DNA from: an uncultured bacterium
GTDB lineage: Bacteria > Desulfobacterota > DSM-4660 > Desulfatiglandales > CALKZT01
Direction: 5' to 3'
NCBI GenBank assembly: GCA_938002815.1
Contig: CALKZT010000034.1
Coordinates: forward strand, 30,988-94,987
DNA length: 64,000 nt
Every line of letters starts with the position of its first letter. Within the stretch, counting starts at the first letter, position 1. This document shows, one piece after another, positions 28,144 through 36,562 of this stretch. Below the pieces are notes generated by a model. The model saw only the letters and a program-made list of their open reading frames with translations, searched no databases and was not told where the DNA came from. The translations under genes were made by a program, and so were the position numbers.

Positions 28144-28986
28144 TTGAAGAATCCATATTTACCTTACCCTGTTAAAATAGATGATATCGTAGTGGAGACA
28201 GAAGATAAGAATTTAAAGACATTTAAGTTCGTCTTTCTGAATCCAGAAGACGAGGCCAATTTTAAATATATGCCGGGCCAATTTGCAGAACTCTCCGTCC
28301 CGGGAAAAGGGGAGATACCCATAGGGATAGCCTCCTCTCCCACTGAAAAGGGTTACCTGACCTTTACCGTAAATAAGGTGGGAGTGGTCACTACCTTTTT
28401 GCATAACATGAAGGTGGGCGACATAATGGGGATAAGGGGTCCCCTTGGAAACTGGTACCCCTGGGAGGAGATGGAAGGCAAGAATGTGGTGATCATCGGG
28501 GGTGGTTTCGCCTTTACCACACTGAGGTCCTCTGTTGTTTATATGCTCCACCCCCAAAATAGGCCCAAATTTGGGAAGATCACTGTGGTATACGGGGCCA
28601 GGAACCCAGGGCTCCTCTTATACAAACAGGAGCTCATGGAGTGGGAGAAGAGGGATGACATAGAGATGCACATAACTGTAGATGCCGCAGATGATCCCAA
28701 CTGGAAATACAATGTGGGTTTTGTCCCTGCCATTACAGAGCAGAAGGTGAAGAGCTCTGAAAATGCCTATGCCATAGTGTGTGGGCCTCCTATCATGATA
28801 AAGTTTACCCAACCCGTCCTCGAAAAGCTCGGCTTCCCTCCTGAGAGGATCATCCTAAGCTTGGAAAATAGGATGAAGTGTGCCATAGGCATGTGTGGGA
28901 GGTGCAATGTGGGAGACCAGTTTGTGTGCAAGGACGGCCCAGTATTTTCGTTGGCAAAATTAAGGACCTTGCCTCCAGAATATTAA
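28144..28986 (+). CDS. AsrB / PyrK / NfnA-like FAD- and NAD(P)-binding 2Fe-2S oxidoreductase
   Basis: MPGQFAELSVPG (FAD-binding barrel), VVIIGGGFAFTTL (NAD(P) site), C-terminal CAIGMCGRCNVGDQFVCKDGP. TTG start with a ggggg SD. Confidence 0.75.
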   Translation: MKNPYLPYPVKIDDIVVETEDKNLKTFKFVFLNPEDEANFKYMPGQFAELSVPGKGEIPIGIASSPTEKGYLTFTVNKVGVVTTFLHNMKVGDIMGIRGPLGNWYPWEEMEGKNVVIIGGGFAFTTLRSSVVYMLHPQNRPKFGKITVVYGARNPGLLLYKQELMEWEKRDDIEMHITVDAADDPNWKYNVGFVPAITEQKVKSSENAYAIVCGPPIMIKFTQPVLEKLGFPPERIILSLENRMKCAIGMCGRCNVGDQFVCKDGPVFSLAKLRTLPPEY

Positions 28987-28995
28987 TAGGTCCAG

Positions 28996-29031
28996 TGGCC
29001 CGCCTAATTTTCGTGCGGGCCATCTTTTTTT
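28996..29031 (+). terminator. rho-independent terminator
   Basis: Stem tggcccgc (28996-29003) / gcgggcca (29015-29022), followed by a T-run through 29031. Confidence 0.8.
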
Positions 29032-29042
29032 AAAGGTCCACT

Positions 29043-29666
29043 TTGAATATCAGGTATCCAAGGGAAGAGCTTAGGGCCTGGTTTTATAATAAATTCAAGC
29101 CCCTTGAGAAGGCTTTGACCAAGAGCAATCTCAACCCAGATCTCATAAGTCTCTTGGGGTTGATCTTCTGTATCATCTCAGGGTTTTTCTATGGAAAGGG
29201 TCTCTTCCTGTTAGGGGGTTTAAGCCTTGCCCTGGCAGGCCTGTGCGACGCCTTTGACGGGACCGTGGCCAGGAACAGGGGTAAGGCCTCACCAAAGGGT
29301 GCCTTTTTGGATAGCACCTTAGATAGGATAGGAGAGATAGCTATATTTGGTGGGCTTAGCTATTACTTTGCACTGAGCAGGAAACCGTTTATTGTGCTCA
29401 TCTTAGCCCTTGGTCTTGGGGCATCTTTGATGGTAAGCTATACGAGGGCAAGGGCAGAGGGCCTGGGATTCGATTGCAAGGTGGGGCTCATGCAGAGACC
29501 GGAGAGGATCTCTCTTCTTATAGGAGGAAGCCTTTTGAGCTGGATCCCGTATGTTGGTCTATATCTTTTTGAATTTGTGCTCATGGTGATCGCTATCCTC
29601 GGAGGTTTTACCACATTTGAGCGCATGAGGTATATTTTGAAATCCAAAGATCAAGGGGGGGTATAA
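29043..29666 (+). CDS. CDP-alcohol phosphatidyltransferase family protein
   Basis: Family motif DAFDGTVARNRGKASPKGAFLDSTLDR (D-G-x2-A-R-x8-G-x3-D-x3-D). Multi-TM. TTG start only 11 nt after the terminator T-run. Confidence 0.8.
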   Translation: MNIRYPREELRAWFYNKFKPLEKALTKSNLNPDLISLLGLIFCIISGFFYGKGLFLLGGLSLALAGLCDAFDGTVARNRGKASPKGAFLDSTLDRIGEIAIFGGLSYYFALSRKPFIVLILALGLGASLMVSYTRARAEGLGFDCKVGLMQRPERISLLIGGSLLSWIPYVGLYLFEFVLMVIAILGGFTTFERMRYILKSKDQGGV

Positions 29667-30112
29667 TGAAGGATTACCTTATGTGTCCCAACTGTGGGAA
29701 GAAGGTAATGGTATACAAGAATCCCTATCCTGCAGTGGATGTGATAATTGAGCTGGCTGGAGGTATTGTGCTGGTTAAGAGGAAGAACCCTCCTTTTGGC
29801 TGGGCATTGCCAGGGGGTTTTGTGAACTATGGGGAGAGCGTTGAGGTGGCCGCAGCAAGGGAGGCTCTGGAAGAGGTCTCTTTGAAGATCAGGTTGAAAG
29901 GGCTATTGGGTGTCTACTCCGATCCCAGAAGAGACCCCAGATATCATGTGATATCCACCGTATTCATAGCGGAGGCAGAGGGAGAGCCTAAGGCAGGGGA
30001 CGATGCAGCAGAGGTGGGTGTATTCACAGAGGATAGCCTCCCAAGCCCACTGGTCTTTGACCACAAGAAGGTCTTAAAGGACTATTTCAAAAGGGCAAGA
30101 AAGGTAGAATAA
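29666..30112 (+). CDS. Nudix hydrolase with N-terminal CxxC element
   Basis: Nudix box GGFVNYGESVEVAAAREALEEVSL. N-terminal CPNCGKKV. ATGA-type overlap with the upstream gene. Confidence 0.85.
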   Translation: MKDYLMCPNCGKKVMVYKNPYPAVDVIIELAGGIVLVKRKNPPFGWALPGGFVNYGESVEVAAAREALEEVSLKIRLKGLLGVYSDPRRDPRYHVISTVFIAEAEGEPKAGDDAAEVGVFTEDSLPSPLVFDHKKVLKDYFKRARKVE

Positions 30113-30113
30113 G

Positions 30114-31973
30114 TTGGCTGAGGGACAAAATAACCTTTTGGAGCTCTTCAAGAGAAGGACAAGGCATCCCTTCAGGCCAAGGGCATCAGACATAATCAAG
30201 GGCCTCTTTCACGACTTCGTGGCCCTTCCAGTCCCAGAAGAGGGCTCATTGGTTCTGGGAAAGGCCAACTTCAACGGAAGGCTCCTCTACGTGATAGGAC
30301 AACAAAAGCCAAAACCTGAGGACCTAAGAGGCCCTGAGGAACTGAAGAGACTGAACTATGGTATGCTCACAAGTGATGATCACTCTGCAATCCTGGATAT
30401 CCTGGATATCTCAGAAAAGGAGGATCCAGAACATACTGCCCTCTTTACCATAGTGGATACATATGGTGCCGATATATCCATGTATTCTGCCCAGAGGTTT
30501 CAGGCCTTTTTTATTGCCCATTTGATAAAGAGATTTTTGACGATACCAGTAAGGACTATAAGCCTCATTTTGGGAGAGGGCGGTAGCGGAGGTGCCTTGG
30601 CCATTCAGGTGACAGATATAAGGGGGCAGATGGAGGATGCCATGTATGCCACTGCACCACCTGAGAGCATGGCCTCCATCATATTCAGGGACCCTACCAG
30701 GGTAGAAGATGCCCTAAACATCCTAAGGCCCACAGCAAAGGAGCTGAGGAAGCTTGGCGTGATAGACCTGGTGGTCCCATCCCCTGAAAAGGTGGATGAT
30801 ATAGATGGGTTTGTGAGCAACATTTCCCGCTTTTTGGAGAGGTCTTTGAAGATAGTCTTTAGGGCCAGGATGAGGAAACTCTTGAAGAGAAGGTCTTCAA
30901 GGGCCAAGGCCTATGGGATCCAAAGAAAGATTGGTCCACTCCACGACATAATGAAATACATAGAAAAACCTATCCGGGCTGCCTTTAAAAGACCTTCCCC
31001 TGACATCAAAATTGTCAGCTACAGTCCCATGACAGAGGTGCCAGATGACTATGGGGCCCATAACGGAGAAGGTCACCCCCAAGATATGGTTCACTGCATA
31101 GGCTCAAAGGAGACAGGGCCTGATGGGAAAAAGGGCTGCTCCAAGCTGGTACCTCTCAAAAGTTTTTTAGACAACTACCATATATGCCCTGAGTGTGGTT
31201 ATTCCTATGTCATGGGTGCGTCTGGCTGGATAGACTGCCTCATGGACGGGGAGAGCTTTCACGAGCTTTACCACAACCTTACGGTGTATGATCTCTTGGA
31301 TGAAACCTATATAACCAAATATTACAGGGAGTTTTTAAGGAGACAGGAAGGCCGCTCCCCTTTCAAGGAGTCCCTTGTAGTGGGTACAGGAAGGATAAAT
31401 GGCTTCAGGGTAGCAGCAGCCATATGTGAGTTTCACTACTGTGGTGGTTCCATGGGGGTGGTCTTTGGGGAAAAGTTCAGAAGAGTGGTAGACTATGCCA
31501 TAAGGGAAAGATTGCCCTTAGTCTCTGTATGTTGCTCAGGAGGTGCAAGACTCTACGAGGGTATATTGGCCCTTATGCAGATGGTGAAGACCATAGAGGC
31601 AGTGAACCGACTGAAAGAACAGGGCCTACCCTATATAAGTATCTTGGCAGATCCTTCCACAGGAGGTGCCATAGCCAGCTATGCTGCCTTGGGGGATATA
31701 ATTATTGCAGAACCCAATGCCCTGATAATATTCACAGGTCCAAGGGTTATGAAGGCAAGGGGATTTGAGGTGGATGAGACCCTTGTGAGGTCAGATTTCC
31801 TGCATCGGATAAGTATGGATATATATCAAAAGCTCTCCTATTTCAAGGAAATTAGGGGTATACAAGAGATATCTTCAAGGTTTAATATGAAGTACTCCGT
31901 TACAAAGTATTTGGAATTCTTTTATCGGCAAAAATTTAAAGGAAAAAAGAACAGTTTTTTTAAGTTAGAGTAA
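30114..31973 (+). CDS. fused acetyl-CoA carboxylase carboxyltransferase, AccA-like N-half + AccD-like C-half
   Basis: N-half IVDTYGAD...LILGEGGSGGALAI...APPESMASIIFRD (AccA). C-half ICPECGY, YCGGSMGVVFGEKF, SGGARLYEG, ADPSTGGAIASYAALGD, FTGPRVM (AccD). 619 aa, TTG start. Confidence 0.85.
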   Translation: MAEGQNNLLELFKRRTRHPFRPRASDIIKGLFHDFVALPVPEEGSLVLGKANFNGRLLYVIGQQKPKPEDLRGPEELKRLNYGMLTSDDHSAILDILDISEKEDPEHTALFTIVDTYGADISMYSAQRFQAFFIAHLIKRFLTIPVRTISLILGEGGSGGALAIQVTDIRGQMEDAMYATAPPESMASIIFRDPTRVEDALNILRPTAKELRKLGVIDLVVPSPEKVDDIDGFVSNISRFLERSLKIVFRARMRKLLKRRSSRAKAYGIQRKIGPLHDIMKYIEKPIRAAFKRPSPDIKIVSYSPMTEVPDDYGAHNGEGHPQDMVHCIGSKETGPDGKKGCSKLVPLKSFLDNYHICPECGYSYVMGASGWIDCLMDGESFHELYHNLTVYDLLDETYITKYYREFLRRQEGRSPFKESLVVGTGRINGFRVAAAICEFHYCGGSMGVVFGEKFRRVVDYAIRERLPLVSVCCSGGARLYEGILALMQMVKTIEAVNRLKEQGLPYISILADPSTGGAIASYAALGDIIIAEPNALIIFTGPRVMKARGFEVDETLVRSDFLHRISMDIYQKLSYFKEIRGIQEISSRFNMKYSVTKYLEFFYRQKFKGKKNSFFKLE

Positions 31974-31985
31974 TTTGGATGGCCT

Positions 31986-33773
31986 ATGAGTAGGCCCGAT
32001 TGTATAAGCAACAGAAATGTAAAGATAATAGCTACATATCTATATCACAAAACTGGAACCATTTCAGGTCTCTTTGAAGGGCTTCAATATCCATCTTCTT
32101 TGTTTCGAACACCTGAAGAATTTTTCCTAAATGAAGAAGAATGGACGGCGCTTTCAAATTTTTATACAATATTGAAAAGGGCAAGGGAAAGGGTTCGAGA
32201 ATCTAATTTTTTCTTCAATTGTGGTTTTTCGGCTGCCAACCTCAGTTCTTGGGGAAAGTTGGGTTATTTTACGAAGCTTTTTTCGAGTCCTACAGATGGA
32301 TTTAAAAGACTTGGATTTTTTAATAGACAATTTAACGATACAAAAGAAATAAGAGTTGCTATCCATCCCTATTACGACAAGTCTGAAGGGCTTATGAGAA
32401 CGGTGATCTTGATTCAGTACCACGAAGATATGGACCCCAATGAAGACATGATGGGCGACCTCTACACCAGAGGTATACTTAGCTCTATCCCTACCCTCTG
32501 GAACCTTCCCCCTGCAAACATAAAGTGCATCATGGCGCCCTATGACCCTAAAAGGATCCTTGAGTCTTTAAAACCTGAAAAGGAACTCTTGCTCCGTTGG
32601 AAGGGAAAGGAACTTTACCTCAGGGAGGGGCAGGAGGAGAAAAAGCTGGGGGAGCTTGTAAGACTCTTGCCGGAGGAAGACCATGAAGGCCTATTTTTGG
32701 GCAGGCATAGACCCCTTTCCCTTGAAGAGGAGATAAAAGGAGAGTCTCCATGTGCCCTTCTCATGAGTCTTGATCTTATCTTAGATGAGTTGACCATAGA
32801 GAATAACACCATCCTCATGGCCCCTTACTTTGTGCTGGATATTACATACGAGAGGATGTCTGTGGGAAGCAGGTTAAGGTGTCTTATACCCTCAAAGGGC
32901 AGGCAAGAGGCCACACAGATGGCCCTTATGCAGACCATAGAGGAGCTGAGGAGCTCTGTTCAAGAGAAGAGCATTGCCTATGCACAATTAGAGAAGGTAA
33001 ACAATGAACTTAGGAGAATTAAGGAGACCCAAGAGAAGTTGATTGAGGAGAGGACAGCTGAACTTGAGAGGGCAAGGGCAGAACTAACCGCAATGAATGA
33101 GAAATTGCAACGAGAAGTGGAACTCAAATCTGAAGAATTGAAAAAGGTTGAATTTTTGAAAAGATATCTTTCCCCTTCTGTCATGAATTATCTCCTTGGA
33201 AAGGGTCAGATGGAAATTCCATTTAAAAGAAAATTTGTGACGATTATGTTTGTGGACATAAGGGATTTTTCAAGTTTGTCTGAAATCAATGAGCCAGAAG
33301 ATACGATGGATATACTTAACAAATATTTTGACAATATCATAAAGTTAATTCACGCCTATGAAGGTACAATCTATAAGATACTCGGCGATGGGATAATCAT
33401 AGTGTTTAATGACATAATTGAAATCGAAGACCATGCGTACAGGGCAGTAAAGCTCGCTTGGGAGATAAAAGATCTTTTGGAGCGGCTAAATACAGAGCTC
33501 CACGATAATATTGATGTGGGGATAGGAATCAATAGTGGATATGTGAGTCTGGGTACCATAGGATCCAGTCTTTTTAAGGACTATGCGATCATTGGGAAGG
33601 AGATGAATCTTACGGCAAGGATCCAGGCGTTGGCCCGACCCAATGAGATTTTGATAACCAAAAGGACCCTATCTCTTCTGAAAGATACTGTTAAGGTGGA
33701 AGAGAGGGGAGAGACACTCATAAAGGGTCTTTCTAAGCCTGTAAGGCTTTACAGGGTAATTGGTTTTGAATGA
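31986..33773 (+). CDS. class III adenylate/guanylate cyclase with about 330-aa unknown N-terminal domain and coiled coil
   Basis: Catalytic domain FVTIMFVDIRDFSSLSE...YKILGDGIIIVFN...IGINSGYVSLGTIGS. Coiled coil around EKVNNELRRIKETQEKLIEERTAELERARAELTAMNEKLQ. Confidence 0.8.
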   Translation: MSRPDCISNRNVKIIATYLYHKTGTISGLFEGLQYPSSLFRTPEEFFLNEEEWTALSNFYTILKRARERVRESNFFFNCGFSAANLSSWGKLGYFTKLFSSPTDGFKRLGFFNRQFNDTKEIRVAIHPYYDKSEGLMRTVILIQYHEDMDPNEDMMGDLYTRGILSSIPTLWNLPPANIKCIMAPYDPKRILESLKPEKELLLRWKGKELYLREGQEEKKLGELVRLLPEEDHEGLFLGRHRPLSLEEEIKGESPCALLMSLDLILDELTIENNTILMAPYFVLDITYERMSVGSRLRCLIPSKGRQEATQMALMQTIEELRSSVQEKSIAYAQLEKVNNELRRIKETQEKLIEERTAELERARAELTAMNEKLQREVELKSEELKKVEFLKRYLSPSVMNYLLGKGQMEIPFKRKFVTIMFVDIRDFSSLSEINEPEDTMDILNKYFDNIIKLIHAYEGTIYKILGDGIIIVFNDIIEIEDHAYRAVKLAWEIKDLLERLNTELHDNIDVGIGINSGYVSLGTIGSSLFKDYAIIGKEMNLTARIQALARPNEILITKRTLSLLKDTVKVEERGETLIKGLSKPVRLYRVIGFE

Positions 33774-33794
33774 TCCGAACTCAGAGGTGAAGGC

Positions 33795-34958
33795 TTGTCC
33801 CACAGTTATGACGTTATAATAGTAGGGGGAGGAATAGGAGGGGCCTCTCTCTCTTATCTCCTTTCCGGTTATGGGATAAGCAATGCCGTGATTGAAAGGC
33901 ACCCCCTTCCAAGGTACAAGGCCTGTGGGGGCGGTCTGACCCCTGCTGCTAGAGCTCTTCTGCCTCTGGATATAAGAGGGGTGATAGAGGAGGAGTGCTA
34001 CAGGGCCGCACTGGAGTTCAAGACAAGGGTTTTGGCAGTGAAGAGCTCCGATGGGCCTGTAATAAGCATGGTAATGCGTGAGAGGTTGGATCTATTTGTC
34101 CTCCAAGAGTCTTGTGCCCGAGGGGCAAGGCTCTATGAAAGATGCCATTTTATGGAGATGAAGGGTAGACCCGGCGACCTCTTGGTCTTTGGAGATAAGG
34201 GGAGTTTTAGGTGCAAATACTTGATCGGTGCCGACGGTGCCCAGAGCAGAGTGGCTCGAAAGGCAGGTCTATCTCCTCCTGAGCCTTGGGTGTGGGCACT
34301 GCAGTCAGAGGTCTATCCCACCAACCCAAAGACCATGGAAAGATTTTTTGGGACTGCCAGGTTTGATATAGGGTTTCAGGGCTCAGGGTACTCTTGGGCA
34401 TTCCCCAAAAGGGATCACCTCTCCGTGGGCACCGGTGCAGTTTTTGAGAGACCATCCCTTCTCAAAATGATACTATGGAGGTATCTTAAGGCCTTAGATT
34501 TAGGGGATTTCCATATAAAGAGGCTCAAATTACATGCCGTGCCTTTTAGGAGAAACTGGGAGATTCGAAGGGATCTCCCTGTGATCCTCCTTGGGGATGC
34601 CTTTGGGATCTCCGATCCCATCAGCGGGGAGGGGATGAGGTTTGCCATTGGATCCGCGGTTTTGGCCTCCAGGGCCTTAATAGATCTCTTTGACCATCCC
34701 TCTGAGGTGACCGGGAGCTATTTGGAATCCCTAAAGAGGGTCTACCATGAGGACCTCCTTTGTGCCTATGAGATAGCCAGAAACTTTTATTCAAAGCCAT
34801 GGTTACTCAAATTTTTGGCCATTCTATTTGGTAGGGCCTTTGTATCCAGATATTACGAGGTAGTTTCAGGGGGTATGAGGTACAAGGTCTTTAAGGAGAA
34901 GTTTCCATTGAAGATCCTTTTAAAGCGGGAGGCAGACCATGAAGGCCCAGGAGGATAG
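33795..34958 (+). CDS. geranylgeranyl reductase family FAD-dependent oxidoreductase
   Basis: YDVIIVGGGIGGASLSYLL dinucleotide-binding motif. LIGADGAQSRVARK. LLGDAFGISDPISGEGM. TTG start. Confidence 0.7.
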   Translation: MSHSYDVIIVGGGIGGASLSYLLSGYGISNAVIERHPLPRYKACGGGLTPAARALLPLDIRGVIEEECYRAALEFKTRVLAVKSSDGPVISMVMRERLDLFVLQESCARGARLYERCHFMEMKGRPGDLLVFGDKGSFRCKYLIGADGAQSRVARKAGLSPPEPWVWALQSEVYPTNPKTMERFFGTARFDIGFQGSGYSWAFPKRDHLSVGTGAVFERPSLLKMILWRYLKALDLGDFHIKRLKLHAVPFRRNWEIRRDLPVILLGDAFGISDPISGEGMRFAIGSAVLASRALIDLFDHPSEVTGSYLESLKRVYHEDLLCAYEIARNFYSKPWLLKFLAILFGRAFVSRYYEVVSGGMRYKVFKEKFPLKILLKREADHEGPGG

Positions 34959-36303
34959 GTGGAAAATCAAGGGATATGAGAGGTTGGTCAAATTCTTTGA
35001 AGAGGTGGACAAGGCAGAGCTCAGAGAGATTGGAGAGATCGAGGAGTTTTTGCTCCTTTACAGTGGGCTTGGTGAGGAGCAGAAGCTGAGGTTTTTAAAC
35101 GAGCTGGTCTCCAATTACGGTTTAAGAAAGTCATCCTTGGAACCCATACTCAAAGAGGTGATGAACTGTTCTGAGGACGACAAAGGCTGGCAGGAGCTCC
35201 TAACAAAATTGAGGGATGCCACCTTGAGTCCCAGGTTTAAGAAGTTGCGTGCCCTTGTGAGATGGCCGGGAGGACTCAAATTCCTGTTGGATATGAGGGG
35301 TGATATCTTAAACCTCACGCCTAAGGCAGGAACCTCCTTAAGCCCCTTAGAGAGGGATATATCGCATCTCTTTGAAAACTGGTTTCAGGAAGGTTTTCTG
35401 TATCTGGAGGAGATTACCCTGGATAGCCCCTATAGGCAGATAGAGATTATCAAGAACCGGGATTTGGTCCACCCCATGAGTTCCATAGAGGAGATGGGGG
35501 GGAGGTTGGGAAAGGATAGGAGATGTTTTGCCCTCTACCACAAAATCTGGCCAATGGAACCCATTGTATTCATAGAGGTAGCCCTCACAGAAGGGATCGT
35601 GAGAAATATTGATGAAATAGTGGGAGAAAGGAGAAAGGAGTTTCCCAGACCAGATACTGCCATCTTCTATTCTATAAATAACACCCAAAACGGTCTTGCA
35701 GGTTTAGGGCTCGGGAAGGTACTCATATTCAAGGTTGTAGAGTTTATCACCAAAAGAGAGCCCAACATAAGGAACTTTGCCACATTAAGTCCACTGCCCG
35801 GCTTTTATACGAGATATCTAAGGCCAATACTATTGGGAGAGGCTGATGGATTTCTCTTAAAAAGGGAGAACGTTGTGGAATTCTTTAAGGGTTCTAAGCT
35901 CAGAAGGCTCTTGAGGTCCTTCGATAAATCTGAGAAGGATCTAACCACCCTTCCAGATCTGCTGTCTAAAGTTTTTGATTCTTTAGAATGGGCCAATGAC
36001 CAAAACCTTGTGGAGGTCTTAGAGGAACCCCTAAGAAAAATAGCCTATAAATACATAACCGAAGAAAAGACCAAAGACGGCAAGCCCCTTAATCCTGTGG
36101 CCAACTTTCATTTGGGGAATGGCGCAACGGTCTCGTTGAAAAACGTAAATTTTCTCTCGAACAGGTCCGAGAGGGCCATAAGGGATGCCCTGGGTATCAT
36201 GGTAAACTATATCTATTCGTATAGTCTCCTTACAGAGGTGCGTAAGGCCATCAGGTGGCTGGACAAGATAGAGATAAGGGGTCTGGTAGACAGGTGGTTG
36301 TAA
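34939..36303 (+). CDS. malonyl-CoA decarboxylase family protein
   Basis: 454 aa. AIFYSINNTQNGLAGLGLGKVLIFKVVE and NFATLSPLPGF and ANFHLGNGA match the MCD catalytic-domain pattern as I recall it. gggagg SD. 20-nt overlap with the upstream gene. Confidence 0.75.
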   Translation: MKAQEDRWKIKGYERLVKFFEEVDKAELREIGEIEEFLLLYSGLGEEQKLRFLNELVSNYGLRKSSLEPILKEVMNCSEDDKGWQELLTKLRDATLSPRFKKLRALVRWPGGLKFLLDMRGDILNLTPKAGTSLSPLERDISHLFENWFQEGFLYLEEITLDSPYRQIEIIKNRDLVHPMSSIEEMGGRLGKDRRCFALYHKIWPMEPIVFIEVALTEGIVRNIDEIVGERRKEFPRPDTAIFYSINNTQNGLAGLGLGKVLIFKVVEFITKREPNIRNFATLSPLPGFYTRYLRPILLGEADGFLLKRENVVEFFKGSKLRRLLRSFDKSEKDLTTLPDLLSKVFDSLEWANDQNLVEVLEEPLRKIAYKYITEEKTKDGKPLNPVANFHLGNGATVSLKNVNFLSNRSERAIRDALGIMVNYIYSYSLLTEVRKAIRWLDKIEIRGLVDRWL

Positions 36304-36562
36304 GCCCTCTATCCTTTTAGGGGCCTGGGCCTCGATTCTCCTTGACACAGGGCTTCAAACTTTGTAGTTATGATATAGCTAAATAGTAGCCAATCGGTTC
36401 TGTTGTGGAAGATCCATATTACAACCTTTACCGAGTAACTTCCAATGGGGGGTTAAGCCTTCTATAGGATAGTCTCAAAGTTTGCCTCTCCCTCACAACC
36501 CCTAAGTATGTGGGTAGGGCCCAACTTTTTTAAAAAGGACGTACCACCTAAGGAGGACTTTC

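Noticed and set aside
30391-30408. Tandem 9-bp duplication tcctggata x2 inside the carboxyltransferase gene.
   Set aside because: It is in frame and encodes ILDILDI. It is a trivial local duplication with no array structure.
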